A stretch of DNA of 64,000 nt from positions 34,883 through 98,882 of the forward strand of contig DASWII010000072.1 of NCBI GenBank assembly GCA_036397755.1. The letters are read 5' to 3'. Position numbers and translations under genes: made by a program. Of this stretch, positions 10,507 to 20,400 are shown in pieces; positions within the stretch are counted from its first letter, which is position 1; the number at the start of each line of letters is the position of its first letter. The notes beneath the pieces were generated by a model, which saw only the letters and a program-made list of their open reading frames with translations, searched no databases and was not told where the DNA came from. This stretch comes from Gemmatimonadales bacterium. GTDB lineage: Bacteria; Gemmatimonadota; Gemmatimonadetes; Gemmatimonadales; GWC2-71-9.

Positions 10507-11346
10507 ATGCCTCTCTATCCGCTGAAATTCAACCTGGGTCCCCTGCAGATCACCGGTTTCGGGCTCATGATGATGGCGGCCTTCCTCATCGCCGGATGGG
10601 TCATGGAGCGCGATCTGCGGAGCCGCAAGCTCGCGCCGGACTACGCATGGAGTATCGTCGTTGCGGGGGCGGTCGGCGGCATTCTCGGCGCCAAGCTCTG
10701 GTACTTCGGCCTGCATCAGAGTTGGAGCGCGCTGCTCTCGCGTGGCGGCCTCGTGTGGTACGGTGGATTCCTGGGAGGCGTCGCGGCCGTCATCATCACT
10801 GGTCTACGCCACAAGATCCCCACCGGGTTCACCGCCGACCTCGTGGCGCCGGCACTCGCCGTCGGATACGCCATTGGACGGGTCGGCTGCTTCTTGATCC
10901 AGGACGACTACGGCCGGCCCACCGACCTCCCGTGGGCGGTCAAGTTCCCCGAAGGATGGCCACCCAGCACCGCGCAGAACCTCGCCGCCGCCGGGGTGCC
11001 GGTGCCGGCCGACGCCAATCCCTTCGACGTCCTCGCCGTCCATCCGACGCAGCTCTATGAGACCGCGTCCATGCTCCTTGTCTTTGCCGTCCTCTGGCGG
11101 ATGCGCGCCCGGCCGAGGGGCACGGGATGGCTCTTCGGCCTGTACCTGGCGTTCGCGGGCCTCGAGCGATTCCTCGTAGAGTTCCTGCGCGCGAAGGACG
11201 ACCGACTCCTGGGACCATTCACGCTCGCGCAAGCAATGAGCGTCGTCGTGGTGTCCGTCGGTCTGACGATGCTGGTCAAGCTTCGCGAGCCCGGTCCCGC
11301 ACCGGTCAAGGTCCAAGCTGACATCCTCCGCGGGCCCGGAACCTGA
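10507..11346 (+). CDS. lgt: prolipoprotein diacylglyceryl transferase
   Basis: The product begins MPLYPLKFNLGPLQITGFGLMMMAAFL and contains GGLVWYGGFLGG and GRVGCFL motifs with multiple TM helices. Confidence 0.9.
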   Translation: MPLYPLKFNLGPLQITGFGLMMMAAFLIAGWVMERDLRSRKLAPDYAWSIVVAGAVGGILGAKLWYFGLHQSWSALLSRGGLVWYGGFLGGVAAVIITGLRHKIPTGFTADLVAPALAVGYAIGRVGCFLIQDDYGRPTDLPWAVKFPEGWPPSTAQNLAAAGVPVPADANPFDVLAVHPTQLYETASMLLVFAVLWRMRARPRGTGWLFGLYLAFAGLERFLVEFLRAKDDRLLGPFTLAQAMSVVVVSVGLTMLVKLREPGPAPVKVQADILRGPGT

Positions 11347-11430
11347 CATCGGATAGAACGCGCCGGCAGCTGCGAACGTGTTCCGGCAGTTCGCGCAGGG
11401 TCAGCCAGCGGCGTCGCTATCAAGAGGAAC

Positions 11431-12303
11431 TCAGGAATCCACCACCGCCATCAACGCCTCGCGCATGGCGGCGGCGGTCTGGAACCTGCCGTCCGGCCGG
11501 TTCGCCATCGCCCGGAGGATCAGTTCGGCCAGACCATCCGGGGTCTCCTTGCGAAACTCTCGCGCGTCGGGCGCGTGATCCTTGAGGTGCATTCGCAACA
11601 CCACTTCCTCGCGATTCGCCATGAACGGCGGTCGCCCCGCAAGGCACTCGAAGAGCACGCAGCCCAGCGAGTAGATATCGCTCCGGTGATCGATATCGAG
11701 CGAGCCCTCGACCTGTTCGGGACTCATGTAGGCCGACGTCCCCACCGCGAATCCCGATCGGGTCAATCGGTCCGTGCCGGACGCCACGACGGCCCGAGCG
11801 ATCCCGAAGTCCACGAGGACGGCGCCTTTGCGATCGAGCAGGATGTTCTCGGGCTTCACGTCGCGATGCACGAGTCCCTTGCCATGTGCGTAGTCGAGCG
11901 CGTCAAGGAGATTGTCCGCGATATGGATGGTGTCGGAGAGGCTGGTCTGCTTCGCCCGGTCCAAGTGCGTGCGCAGTGACGGGCCCTCCACGAACTCCAT
12001 CACGTAGTACACCAGATACTCACCTTCACCGTAGTCGATCAGCCTGGTCATGCGTGGGTGATCCATCTGGGAGAGCAGACTGATCTCGCGGAGGAATCGG
12101 TCCGCCGTGACCGACACCGCGAGCTGTGGATGGAGCACCTTGAGCGCAACCTGCCGTCCCTCGAGGTCGCGGGCGACGAACACCCTCGCCGCACCACCAC
12201 GCGCTACTTCACGCTCGACCACGTACTTCCCGTCCACGGCCTTCTGGACTTGCGGCAGGAATTCTCGACGCAACGGTGCTCCCAGATGCGGAGGAGTGTT
12301 CAA
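11431..12303 (-). CDS. Hanks-type Ser/Thr protein kinase, catalytic domain only (290 aa)
   Basis: Kinase motifs are present: ALKVL (VAIK-like), HRDVKPENILL, DFGIA and SPEQ. The protein ends right after the kinase domain, with no TM or sensor region. Confidence 0.88.
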   Translation of the reverse strand: MNTPPHLGAPLRREFLPQVQKAVDGKYVVEREVARGGAARVFVARDLEGRQVALKVLHPQLAVSVTADRFLREISLLSQMDHPRMTRLIDYGEGEYLVYYVMEFVEGPSLRTHLDRAKQTSLSDTIHIADNLLDALDYAHGKGLVHRDVKPENILLDRKGAVLVDFGIARAVVASGTDRLTRSGFAVGTSAYMSPEQVEGSLDIDHRSDIYSLGCVLFECLAGRPPFMANREEVVLRMHLKDHAPDAREFRKETPDGLAELILRAMANRPDGRFQTAAAMREALMAVVDS

Positions 12304-12339
12304 TCTTCAACGGGGCCGACGGACGGGCAAGCACAGCAT

Positions 12340-14349
12340 TCAGGCGGAGACGCGCACCTTTGCCGTCTTGGGACTCGCCCAGAACACCCAAATCAGCGCC
12401 ACGGCGAGGGCCGCAGCAAGGAAGCTCTGGCCCAACAACGTCTGCATCGTCGGGAAGATCCCCAACGCGGGCACAGCCGGAATCCACCGCAGCGGCGTCA
12501 TCCCGACCCAGCCAACGGCCTGCAGTTCGGCGATCCCCTGCCCGGCGAAGCTGAACGCCATCAGATACAGCAGCGCGGACGTGACCCCGAAGAACAGGCG
12601 CAAGGGAATCCGCAGTCCATATCGCTGGACACCGACATACACGATGCCGAGCACCGCCGCACCGGTCACGAACCCGGCCGTCACCGCCACGACGGCCGAC
12701 GCGTGCCCGTCACTGGTGGCTAGCAGTGCCGCGTAGAACAAGACGGTCTCGAAGCCTTCGCGGAAGACGGCCAAGAACGCCACCCCCGCCAGGGCCCAGG
12801 CGCGGCCACTCGTCAGCGCGCTCGACATGCGCGCGCGCACAAACGCGTTCCACCGTTGGACTTCGATCTTCGACACGAGCCAGTACGAAACGACGAAGAG
12901 CACTCCCGCGGCGAGCAGCATGGTCACGGCTTCGAGGACTTCCTTATGCGCCGCCGCCGCGCGGAACACCGTGGCAAACCCCACAGCGACGGCGGCGCTG
13001 GCCAGGAGGGCCCACAACACCCCTTGCCCGATGTCACGCCGTCGTTCCGGAGCGCCCGAGCGTACGAGGAACGCCACCAACGCTCCGACGATCAGGATGG
13101 CCTCGAGTCCCTCCCGCACGAGGATGACGAACGACTGGAAGAAGAACGCCTGAGGCCCGGCCACCTGTGATGCTCCGACGCTCACGGCGTCCAACGCGCC
13201 AATCACCCCTGCCCGCGCGGACGCGATCTCTTCCGGCTCCGCCGACGTGAGCGTCAGCCGCAGGTCTGCAAAGGCGCCTTCGACCCGGCTCACCGCACGT
13301 GCATTCTGCGCGCGGCTCGCACTCTCGATGCCCTCGAACACGAGGTAAGCATCGAGCACCGCGATCCGCGCCTCTTCCCTGTCTCCCCGCAACGCCAAGG
13401 TGGCCGCGCGCTCGACACCGGCCTTGGCGCGAGCGACCGTGCGGCGGATCGCGAGCACCCGATCTCCGCCCCAATACTCCGCGGCGGCCGCCACTCGCGC
13501 ATACGCCGCCGCCGCCGCGAGCGCGTCCGCGTCCCACTCGGGACCAATCCCAACAAGCACCGAGCGAAGCGAATCGTCGGAGGTCCGTGCGGTCACGGCG
13601 AGATCACCCAGGCTCAGGACGCACTCCGTACACCGCTCCTCGATGAGTGCCTTGCCCCGCACCAGGTCCGCCGAGTGGCGCAGGGATGAGGCGTGGAGGA
13701 CGACCGACCAGCGCTCGTCCGGGGTGAGCGTCGAACCAAACGGGGGCATGGCCGTACCGGCAACGCCGACATTCACCTTGCGGAACCACTCCACCGGCGT
13801 CACGCCTCGTAGCGCCGCAGGGTCGGTCAGGTCCGCGGGCGGCGGATCCTGCCCGGCGGCACCAGGACCGTCGCCTTTCCCACCCTCACCGTGGCACTGC
13901 GCACACGACCGTTCAAACACCCGTTGACCAACCGCGAGCGACGGCGGGGACTCCGGAAGAGGATCCAGCGGCACGCCCAGCGCCTGCTCGAGGTCCGTCC
14001 GGAGCCCGGCGAGTTCGCCGGCGAGGTCCGAAACCTCAGCCACCTGCTGGTGGAGTGATATCAGGTTCTCGATGCGCGCGAGCGCGGCATCACGGATCCC
14101 GGCCGGCAGCGTCCCCGCCGTGCGACGCGCTTCCGCGAGGAACATTCCGGCCTCAGCGTACTCCTGCTCGAGAACGATGCGCCGCCCCACGACGCCCTCC
14201 GCATACTCGGAGACCGCGATGGACGCAACGTCGGCAACCCGACGGCCCGCCGTGGCTTCTTCTTGGGCCACGGCCGGCAGAACGGCGCCCGCCAGGCCGC
14301 CCAGGACCAGAATGATATTGAATCGCTGCAAGATGAAAATGATTCTCAA
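12340..14349 (-). CDS. cytochrome c domain / FTR1-family iron permease fusion protein
   Basis: The product has a signal-like N-terminus and a CAQCHGEGG heme c motif. After a long helical region comes a polytopic C-terminus with two REXXE motifs (REGLEA, REGFET), the FTR1/EfeU signature. The start codon is TTG at 14349. Confidence 0.85.
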   Translation of the reverse strand: MRIIFILQRFNIILVLGGLAGAVLPAVAQEEATAGRRVADVASIAVSEYAEGVVGRRIVLEQEYAEAGMFLAEARRTAGTLPAGIRDAALARIENLISLHQQVAEVSDLAGELAGLRTDLEQALGVPLDPLPESPPSLAVGQRVFERSCAQCHGEGGKGDGPGAAGQDPPPADLTDPAALRGVTPVEWFRKVNVGVAGTAMPPFGSTLTPDERWSVVLHASSLRHSADLVRGKALIEERCTECVLSLGDLAVTARTSDDSLRSVLVGIGPEWDADALAAAAAYARVAAAAEYWGGDRVLAIRRTVARAKAGVERAATLALRGDREEARIAVLDAYLVFEGIESASRAQNARAVSRVEGAFADLRLTLTSAEPEEIASARAGVIGALDAVSVGASQVAGPQAFFFQSFVILVREGLEAILIVGALVAFLVRSGAPERRRDIGQGVLWALLASAAVAVGFATVFRAAAAHKEVLEAVTMLLAAGVLFVVSYWLVSKIEVQRWNAFVRARMSSALTSGRAWALAGVAFLAVFREGFETVLFYAALLATSDGHASAVVAVTAGFVTGAAVLGIVYVGVQRYGLRIPLRLFFGVTSALLYLMAFSFAGQGIAELQAVGWVGMTPLRWIPAVPALGIFPTMQTLLGQSFLAAALAVALIWVFWASPKTAKVRVSA

Positions 14350-14388
14350 CGAAGAGGTGATGCAATCTAGAAGGGTGGTGGGATCTAC

Positions 14389-14781
14389 TCAACTCCCACG
14401 GGTCGTGAGCACGACGGCGGCGGCGGCATCCTGATTGGTATGGGTAATGGACAGCACGTGTGCCGTGACACCCAGGCGCTCGACCGCCGCAAGTCCACGG
14501 CCCACGAACCGGAGCTCAGGGGACCCGGACTCGGTCTTCACGACCTCGATGTCCTGCCACCCGACATAGTCGGCGTTGCCCAGCGCCCCGAGCGCCTTGA
14601 AGGCGGCTTCCTTGGCGGCGATCCGCGCGGCTGCGTGTCGTTCAGGCGACGCGCGACCGAGGCAGTAGTCGAGCTCCGCCGCGGTCAACACTCGCCGCAG
14701 CCCACGCGCGCCGTGGCGGTTCAGCATGGCGGCCACGCGGTCGATCTCGACGAGATCCAGTCCCAGGCCAATGGGAGTCAA
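14389..14781 (-). CDS. acpS: holo-[acyl-carrier-protein] synthase
   Basis: IGLGLDLVEIDRV, FAAKEAAFKA-like (IAAKEAAFKALG) and ITHT motifs are present. TTG at 14781 overlaps the TGA of the upstream gene. The track start at 15036 is an out-of-frame extension. Confidence 0.85.
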   Translation of the reverse strand: MTPIGLGLDLVEIDRVAAMLNRHGARGLRRVLTAAELDYCLGRASPERHAAARIAAKEAAFKALGALGNADYVGWQDIEVVKTESGSPELRFVGRGLAAVERLGVTAHVLSITHTNQDAAAAVVLTTRGS

Positions 14782-15518
14782 CGCCCGAAGATCCCGCCCC
14801 ACGCGTCCACGAGCCACGGCGGCGCGTCGACGTAGCCACCGAAGACCAATCCGAACCAAGTGGCCAGCGCGATACCGAATGCCGCGACGGTCGCCACGGG
14901 CCACAGCGGTCGCCGCCACGCGGCAACGTCGTCCATGATGGGCTCCCACCGATCGAGCTGCTCTTCCGCCCGTCGCTCGAGTTCGATCCACGCAGATTCC
15001 AGTTTGCGCGCAGTCAGTGTGATGGTCCGCTGCCACCGCTCCACCAATTCATCGGTGCTCCGCGACGTCGCCGCGAGAGCCTCTCCCTGACTGCGCAGCG
15101 CTTCGAGCGCACCGGTGAGGTCGAGTCCCGCCAGCAGCAGTCGCGATCGCAGTGCGGTTTTGTCGGACTCGCTGGGCACGTACCGCGCGAGGCGGCGACG
15201 CGGCATGCGGACCGCCTCGGCCTCGCGACCCAGTCGGCTCTCGATCGCGTCCAGGACGAGCGCACCGACGGCGTCGGCAGCTTCACGCCACGCCCCTTCC
15301 CACCGCTCGGGGCCGATCATGTGAATCGTGGCCTCGCGCTCGTCCTCCCCGGCGAGCCGCCGTGCTTCTCCAGCGCATTCCATCACGCGAGTGGCGAGCC
15401 GCAGGCGGATCGCGTCGAGCGGTATCCGGCCGGGTCGCCCGCCGGCCGCGACGATCCTGCCGAGGTAGGGACCCAACTCCGGAACGCGCAGCGGCGCGGC
15501 TGTCGTGGGCTCGGTCAC
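14778..15518 (-). CDS. hypothetical protein, helical, with a C-terminal TM anchor
   Basis: The GTG start overlaps the HAD gene stop (GTGA), and its own stop overlaps the acpS start. The translation is Ala/Arg/Glu-rich and helical, with a C-terminal hydrophobic segment (WPVATVAAFGIALATWFGLVFGG). I recognise no family. Confidence 0.55.
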   Translation of the reverse strand: MTEPTTAAPLRVPELGPYLGRIVAAGGRPGRIPLDAIRLRLATRVMECAGEARRLAGEDEREATIHMIGPERWEGAWREAADAVGALVLDAIESRLGREAEAVRMPRRRLARYVPSESDKTALRSRLLLAGLDLTGALEALRSQGEALAATSRSTDELVERWQRTITLTARKLESAWIELERRAEEQLDRWEPIMDDVAAWRRPLWPVATVAAFGIALATWFGLVFGGYVDAPPWLVDAWGGIFGR

Positions 15519-16204
15519 GACAACATCGCCTCCAGCACCCCGGCGGTGTTCGAGAGGTCGTCAAACACCGCGTGTGCGCCCGCCCGCGTCAGTGCCCCTG
15601 CGTCGAACGAGCCGGTGCAAACGCCGATGGCCCTGGCGCCAATCGCCTTCCCGCATGTCATGTCGGCGGGGGTGTCACCCGCGATCACCACTTCGGAGCC
15701 CGTTGGCGACCGACCCAGCAACGCCGCGGCCCGTGCGACGGCGATCGCGGGCAATTCCGTCCGCTCGGCCGAGTCCGATCCAAACGCCCCCACCAGAAAT
15801 CGGCGGGGTTCCAGACCGGCCGCCCGGAGCTTCAGGATGGCCCCACCACGGACGTTCCCCGTCAGCAGCCCGAGCACCGCGCCGTCCACCGCCTCCACGG
15901 CATCGAGCAACGCCGGCACACCCGGCAAGACCCGCACGCGCGGGTGGGATGCCAGTTCTGCCTCCAGCAGCTCGACGTAGTGACGAAACAGCGCCTCCTC
16001 TCGTCCCGGGCCGTCGATGCTCACACCCGCCGACGCCATCAGTTCACGCACGATTTGCGGATCGGTTTTGCCGTCGAACCGATACTCGTCGACCGGGCCC
16101 GTGACGCCGAACTCGGCGAGCAGCGCGGCTCGGATCGCATTGCGGCCCGCGCCGCGACTCCACAGCAGTGTCCCGTCGATGTCGAAGAGAACGAGGTGGG
16201 TCAC
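15515..16204 (-). CDS. HAD-superfamily hydrolase (phosphoglycolate phosphatase-like)
   Basis: The product has the N-terminal LVLFDIDGTLL motif I, LLTGN, and GDTPADM motif IV. Confidence 0.85.
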   Translation of the reverse strand: MTHLVLFDIDGTLLWSRGAGRNAIRAALLAEFGVTGPVDEYRFDGKTDPQIVRELMASAGVSIDGPGREEALFRHYVELLEAELASHPRVRVLPGVPALLDAVEAVDGAVLGLLTGNVRGGAILKLRAAGLEPRRFLVGAFGSDSAERTELPAIAVARAAALLGRSPTGSEVVIAGDTPADMTCGKAIGARAIGVCTGSFDAGALTRAGAHAVFDDLSNTAGVLEAMLS

Positions 16205-16213
16205 GATCAGCCT

Positions 16214-17170
16214 CTAGGCGCGATCGGCAAGACCGGGCAACCCAGGCCGTCCGGCCGCGAGACGGACCGCCCGTTCGATGGCCATGGCTGCCGCGTCCTG
16301 CGCCAACATCTCGATCGCCATCGCCGACGCCGGCTCGCGGGTTCCGGTCGACACCGCGAAGACCACGTCGCCGTCGAACCGCGTACCGACGGGCGTGATG
16401 CGTTGCCCAAGCGCATCCACCACCATGCTCGCGACCTCGCCCAGCCCCGCGCGATCGCAGGCGGCGTTGGTCGCAGCCACGAGCAACGTCGTGTTGCCGC
16501 GTGGCGGACCGAACGACCGATGCGCGTCCACGTCCTCAGCAAGCACGCGACGTGCGTCCACAAACGCGCCCTCCCGCCGGGCTCCGGCAATGATGCTGCC
16601 CTGCGCGTCGCGGACGTCTCCGAACGCGTTGACCACGGCGAGCGCACCGACGATCAGGTTGTCCCGCCGGACCGACCACGTCCCGACACCGCTCTTCATG
16701 GCGCCGCCCGCCCCCAATACCTTCCCCACCGTCGCGCCCGTTCCCGCCCCCACCGAGCCTTCCTCAACGGTCGATCCGGCCGCCTCACAGGCGGCAAAGC
16801 CGGCCGACGCGTCCGGCCACGTGAACTCGCCGACCGCCAGATCGAAGATGACGGCGGTGGGCACAATGGGAACCACGCCGGCACCCACATCGAATCCGCG
16901 GCCGCGGCTCGCCAACCAGCGCATCACGCCGTCGGCCGCGCCGAGCCCATACGCCGACCCACCAGTGAACAGCAGAGCGTGAATGCGCGTCACCAGGTGC
17001 CCCGGCATCACGGCATCCAGCTCGCGCGTGCCGGTCGCCCGGCCACGCACACATGCGGCGGCGGCGATCCCCTCGGCGGGAGCCAGCAGCACCGTACATC
17101 CCGTCGCGGCTTCCACATCGGTCCAATGGCCGACGTGGAGGCCCGGGACATCCGTGATCGATGGGGTCAC
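16214..17170 (-). CDS. P1/S58 family peptidase (DmpA-type aminopeptidase-like)
   Basis: ITDVPGLHVGHWTD...TGCTVLL at the N-terminus and GNTTLLVAATNA resemble the DmpA/S58 Ntn-hydrolase family. Confidence 0.8.
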   Translation of the reverse strand: MTPSITDVPGLHVGHWTDVEAATGCTVLLAPAEGIAAAACVRGRATGTRELDAVMPGHLVTRIHALLFTGGSAYGLGAADGVMRWLASRGRGFDVGAGVVPIVPTAVIFDLAVGEFTWPDASAGFAACEAAGSTVEEGSVGAGTGATVGKVLGAGGAMKSGVGTWSVRRDNLIVGALAVVNAFGDVRDAQGSIIAGARREGAFVDARRVLAEDVDAHRSFGPPRGNTTLLVAATNAACDRAGLGEVASMVVDALGQRITPVGTRFDGDVVFAVSTGTREPASAMAIEMLAQDAAAMAIERAVRLAAGRPGLPGLADRA

Positions 17171-17195
17171 CGCGATGTGGCGTAACCGGCGACCG

Positions 17196-17384
17196 TCAAG
17201 TCGGAGAGCGGCCCGCGGCGTCGTTCGCGTCCTGCGTCTCCTGGCACGTCCGACAAAGCGTCACCCCGCGCATGACACACACCAAACAGATGAACGTGCC
17301 GCAACTGTTGCACGGATACCCTTCCGACGCTCGTTCTTCGTTGCCGCACGCGCGGCACACCATCATGTCGACTTCTTCTGACAT
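17196..17384 (-). CDS. 62-aa cysteine-rich protein with four CxxC pairs (putative double zinc site)
   Basis: ATG at 17384 is preceded by GGAG at a 7-nt spacing. The Cys pattern is C-x2-C-x11-C-x2-C-x4-C-x2-C-x7-C-x2-C. Third-position GC is about 76%. The ORF fills the gap between tamB and the S58 gene. Confidence 0.55.
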   Translation of the reverse strand: MSEEVDMMVCRACGNEERASEGYPCNSCGTFICLVCVMRGVTLCRTCQETQDANDAAGRSPT

Positions 17385-17459
17385 AGCGGTCTCCGTCTCG
17401 CTTCGTGTCTGAAGGATACGTCACCACCCAGGAAGAGGCGACCGGCACAACTGCGCGGC

Positions 17460-20400
17460 TCAGTACCGGATCTCCCAGAAGACGTCCAACCCAAATTGAT
17501 AACGGAGGGTCGTCTCGCTCGCGAACGACTGGCATCGCCGCGCCGGATCGATGCTCGCGGCGAGCATCCATCGACCGCTCAGGCGGTACTCCAGACTCGC
17601 TCCGATATCGAATTGCGTCGTCTGGCGGGTGCAGATCAGCGGCGTTGCGCTCAGAAACGCCGGACGTCCAAAGATGAGGAACTGCTTCCCAAAATCCCCT
17701 TCCACCCCGAGGGCTTGGCCCCCCCCCGACGGTCGAATTTGCGCATAGTCGAGGGGGATGCCCCAATCGGCGATGAGGGCCGTGCCCAGCTCCCCGGTCA
17801 GCGTGCCCACGACCTCATCGGCCACCGATTGCGCGGTAAGCCAGTCTTGGCGGGACTGCACGGTCGGGGATCCAAACAACAAGTACGAGATGATCTCGGT
17901 GTCGGAGAGCGGGGGGGTGACGTCGCTCGTCAGCGTCAGCTTGGGCTCATACACCGTCCCGCCGATGTGGACGGACACCGTCACCGGATCGCCGCGGCGA
18001 GACCGCACGACATGCTGCGCCTCGATGTCGAGCCCGGCGTTCAGGTCCGTGGTGCCGAAGTAGCGAACCCGCCCGCGCGTCACCGTGAACTCGCGATTGA
18101 ACGCGGGCATCAACTCGAGGCGGTACGACCCTCGTGGGGTTTCGAGCTCCCCGTTCAGCACGAACTGGTCGCCCGCACGGTCCACGGTGAGCCGCCCAGC
18201 CAACTGGATGTTGGCCTCGCGCGATCGGAGCCAGGTCTCCCGCGACATCTCGAGCTCCAGGCCGGTCACGCGAAGGCTCTCCAGCAGCCGCACCTCGAGC
18301 GTCGTGCCCAAGCCCCCCTGCTGGATTTCGAGCGTGTCCACGAAGTCGCGCAGCAGGGGATCGTCGAGATCCAAGACGTCCTTGTCGAGCAGATCCGCGA
18401 AGTACAGCACCCCGCGCGTGACCGTGGCGCGTCCGCGCAAGGTGGCGCCGATGGCCGGCCCGGTCAGCGTCACATCGCCGGAAGCCGCCAGCGTGAGGAA
18501 GTCCGGCCGGTCCAGGATGCGGAATTCCTCGGCGTGGACGGCAAGATCCAGCACCGGACGGCTCAGTTCCTCGAGCCGCACGTACCCCTGGACACGCGCG
18601 GTCCCTCGGCCACTCCGGAGACTGAGCGACCGCACGTGAATGGTGTCTCCCACCAGCCGCAATTCGCCATTCAGGTTCTCATAGCGCACCCCGAGCGCTG
18701 GAAACTCGGCTGAGGCGTCCCGCAGGGCGAGCGCCCCGGTCAGTTGGGGATCCTCCCACGTGCCCGTGAGCCCCAAGTCCGCATCGAAGGTCCCCGCCAT
18801 GCGACGCACTTGTGGCGTGACGAGGTTCAGCAATGCGAGATCGACGCTGTCCGCCCGCGTCACCATGGTGATTGGCCCCGGCAGCCGACGCCGCACAGCG
18901 CCAACGAGTGCCAGGTCGATGGGGAGGGCCACCTCAACGCGCAAGATGGACTCGCCCAGTCGCAATGCTTCGACGGTACCAGTCAGCCGCCGCTCCTCGT
19001 AATGCAGCACACCGGTCATCTGCGGCGCCGTGACCATCCCAAAGGATGCGTTGCGCAATCCCACCATGCTCTCGATCACCGGGTCGCGCGCCGTTCCCCG
19101 CAACGTGAACGTCCCACCTAACGAACCCGCGACGGAGCCGTAGCCACGCCCCAGCAGAAGCCACAGGTCCGCGATCGCAACGGACTCCACGGACGCCGAA
19201 AAGTCGCCGGGTCCTCGGAAAGGCAGCCGCCCGCCGGCGACGATCCTCCCGACGCCCGAGTCGTTCACGGCTTCGAATCCGAGCACCGTCAGTCCGGTCT
19301 CGTCCCACGTGGCGGTGGCTGGACCGATGCGCCACGTACTCGCCACGAGCGCAGCCGACGCCGAATCCACCATGAGTCGTGTGCGGTCCTCGACCCGCTG
19401 CCAGCTCCCGCCAGCCGCGATGTACGCGTCTTTCCAGAGTCTACCCGTGCCGGTCCAGCCGAGCGAGTCGGTTCGCCCATGCGCCCGGAACTCGAGGGAA
19501 TCCACCGTCATCCGTCCCACGAATGCGGAGCCCACCATCGCCTGCATGTCCAACATCCTCGAGCCGCCCACATAGGACAGCGAGCCTCGTGCGGCGGCGA
19601 TGGTCAGGTCCGCCCGCCGCACGTGGGCAACCGTCACGTCCGCGATGATTCCCGGTGCCGTGACGGCTCCGGTGAGCGTTCCCGCCACACGAAGGCGACC
19701 GGATGGGGGCAGCGAGTCGGTCGCCTGCAGCGGCCCGAGAACGCCCGCCACCCACTCCTCGAGGATGCCGAGTGAGTCGGTCTCCGCCACGAACCGAAGC
19801 CTCGTGTCCGCCGTCGCGCCGCGCCCGAGCACACCCGCTGCATGGATGGCCCAGTGGTAGCCGCCCACGCGCAGCGTATCCACCACGAGTTGATCGGCGT
19901 GCAGGTCCACCTCCGCAACGAGTGAATCCACCGGTGCGCCACGGAGCGAGGAGGGACCCAGTCCCACGGCCGCCCGCAACTCGAGGTCGGTCGAATCACG
20001 CCACCACCCTGCGAGCGTGGCGGCTCCGGTCATCCGGGTCGTCGCGGCGCCGAGCCGCAGCACGGACAGGTCGAGGTCGCCCACCACGACGTCGAGCCGA
20101 TGAGCGCCCAGTGCGTCGTCCCCGAAGAACAGTGGTCCCGTCGCGCGAACACGACCTACCGCTCCCGACACATCGGCGTCAAGCTCAAGGGAGTCCAACA
20201 ACCCTGCTACCGCCACCCGGCCGGCGACGGCGCTCCGCAGCGCAGCTTTGGGAAACGTCGACGCCAATCCCTCCAGTCGAAGCGAGTCGAAATCCAGCGC
20301 CGCCCAGAGTCCGACCAGCTCACCGGTGGCGTCGATACCGAGAGTGCCGGTCGCCTCGCTGGCCGGGAGGGGGAGGTCCGCGTGGCGGAGGAAGCCCTCG

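Noticed and set aside
15152-17185. 677-aa plus-strand ORF spanning the HAD and S58 peptidase region. The track lists many similar long ORFs: 9408-10490, 17496-18713, 28089-29453, 30690-32276, 32168-33424, 33919-34923, 34694-35761, 35664-37022, 36076-37035, 38592-39512, 40674-41675, 42669-43640, 44372-46360, 46415-47266, 47458-48594, 51474-52571, 51550-53565, 53692-55272, 57389-58507, 57618-58874, 61763-62695 and 62747-63820.
   Set aside because: They are antisense or out-of-frame shadows of genes with clear family motifs. Their translations are Arg/Gly/Pro/His-rich low-complexity strings with no recognisable domains, which is expected in DNA of about 68% GC where stop codons are rare.
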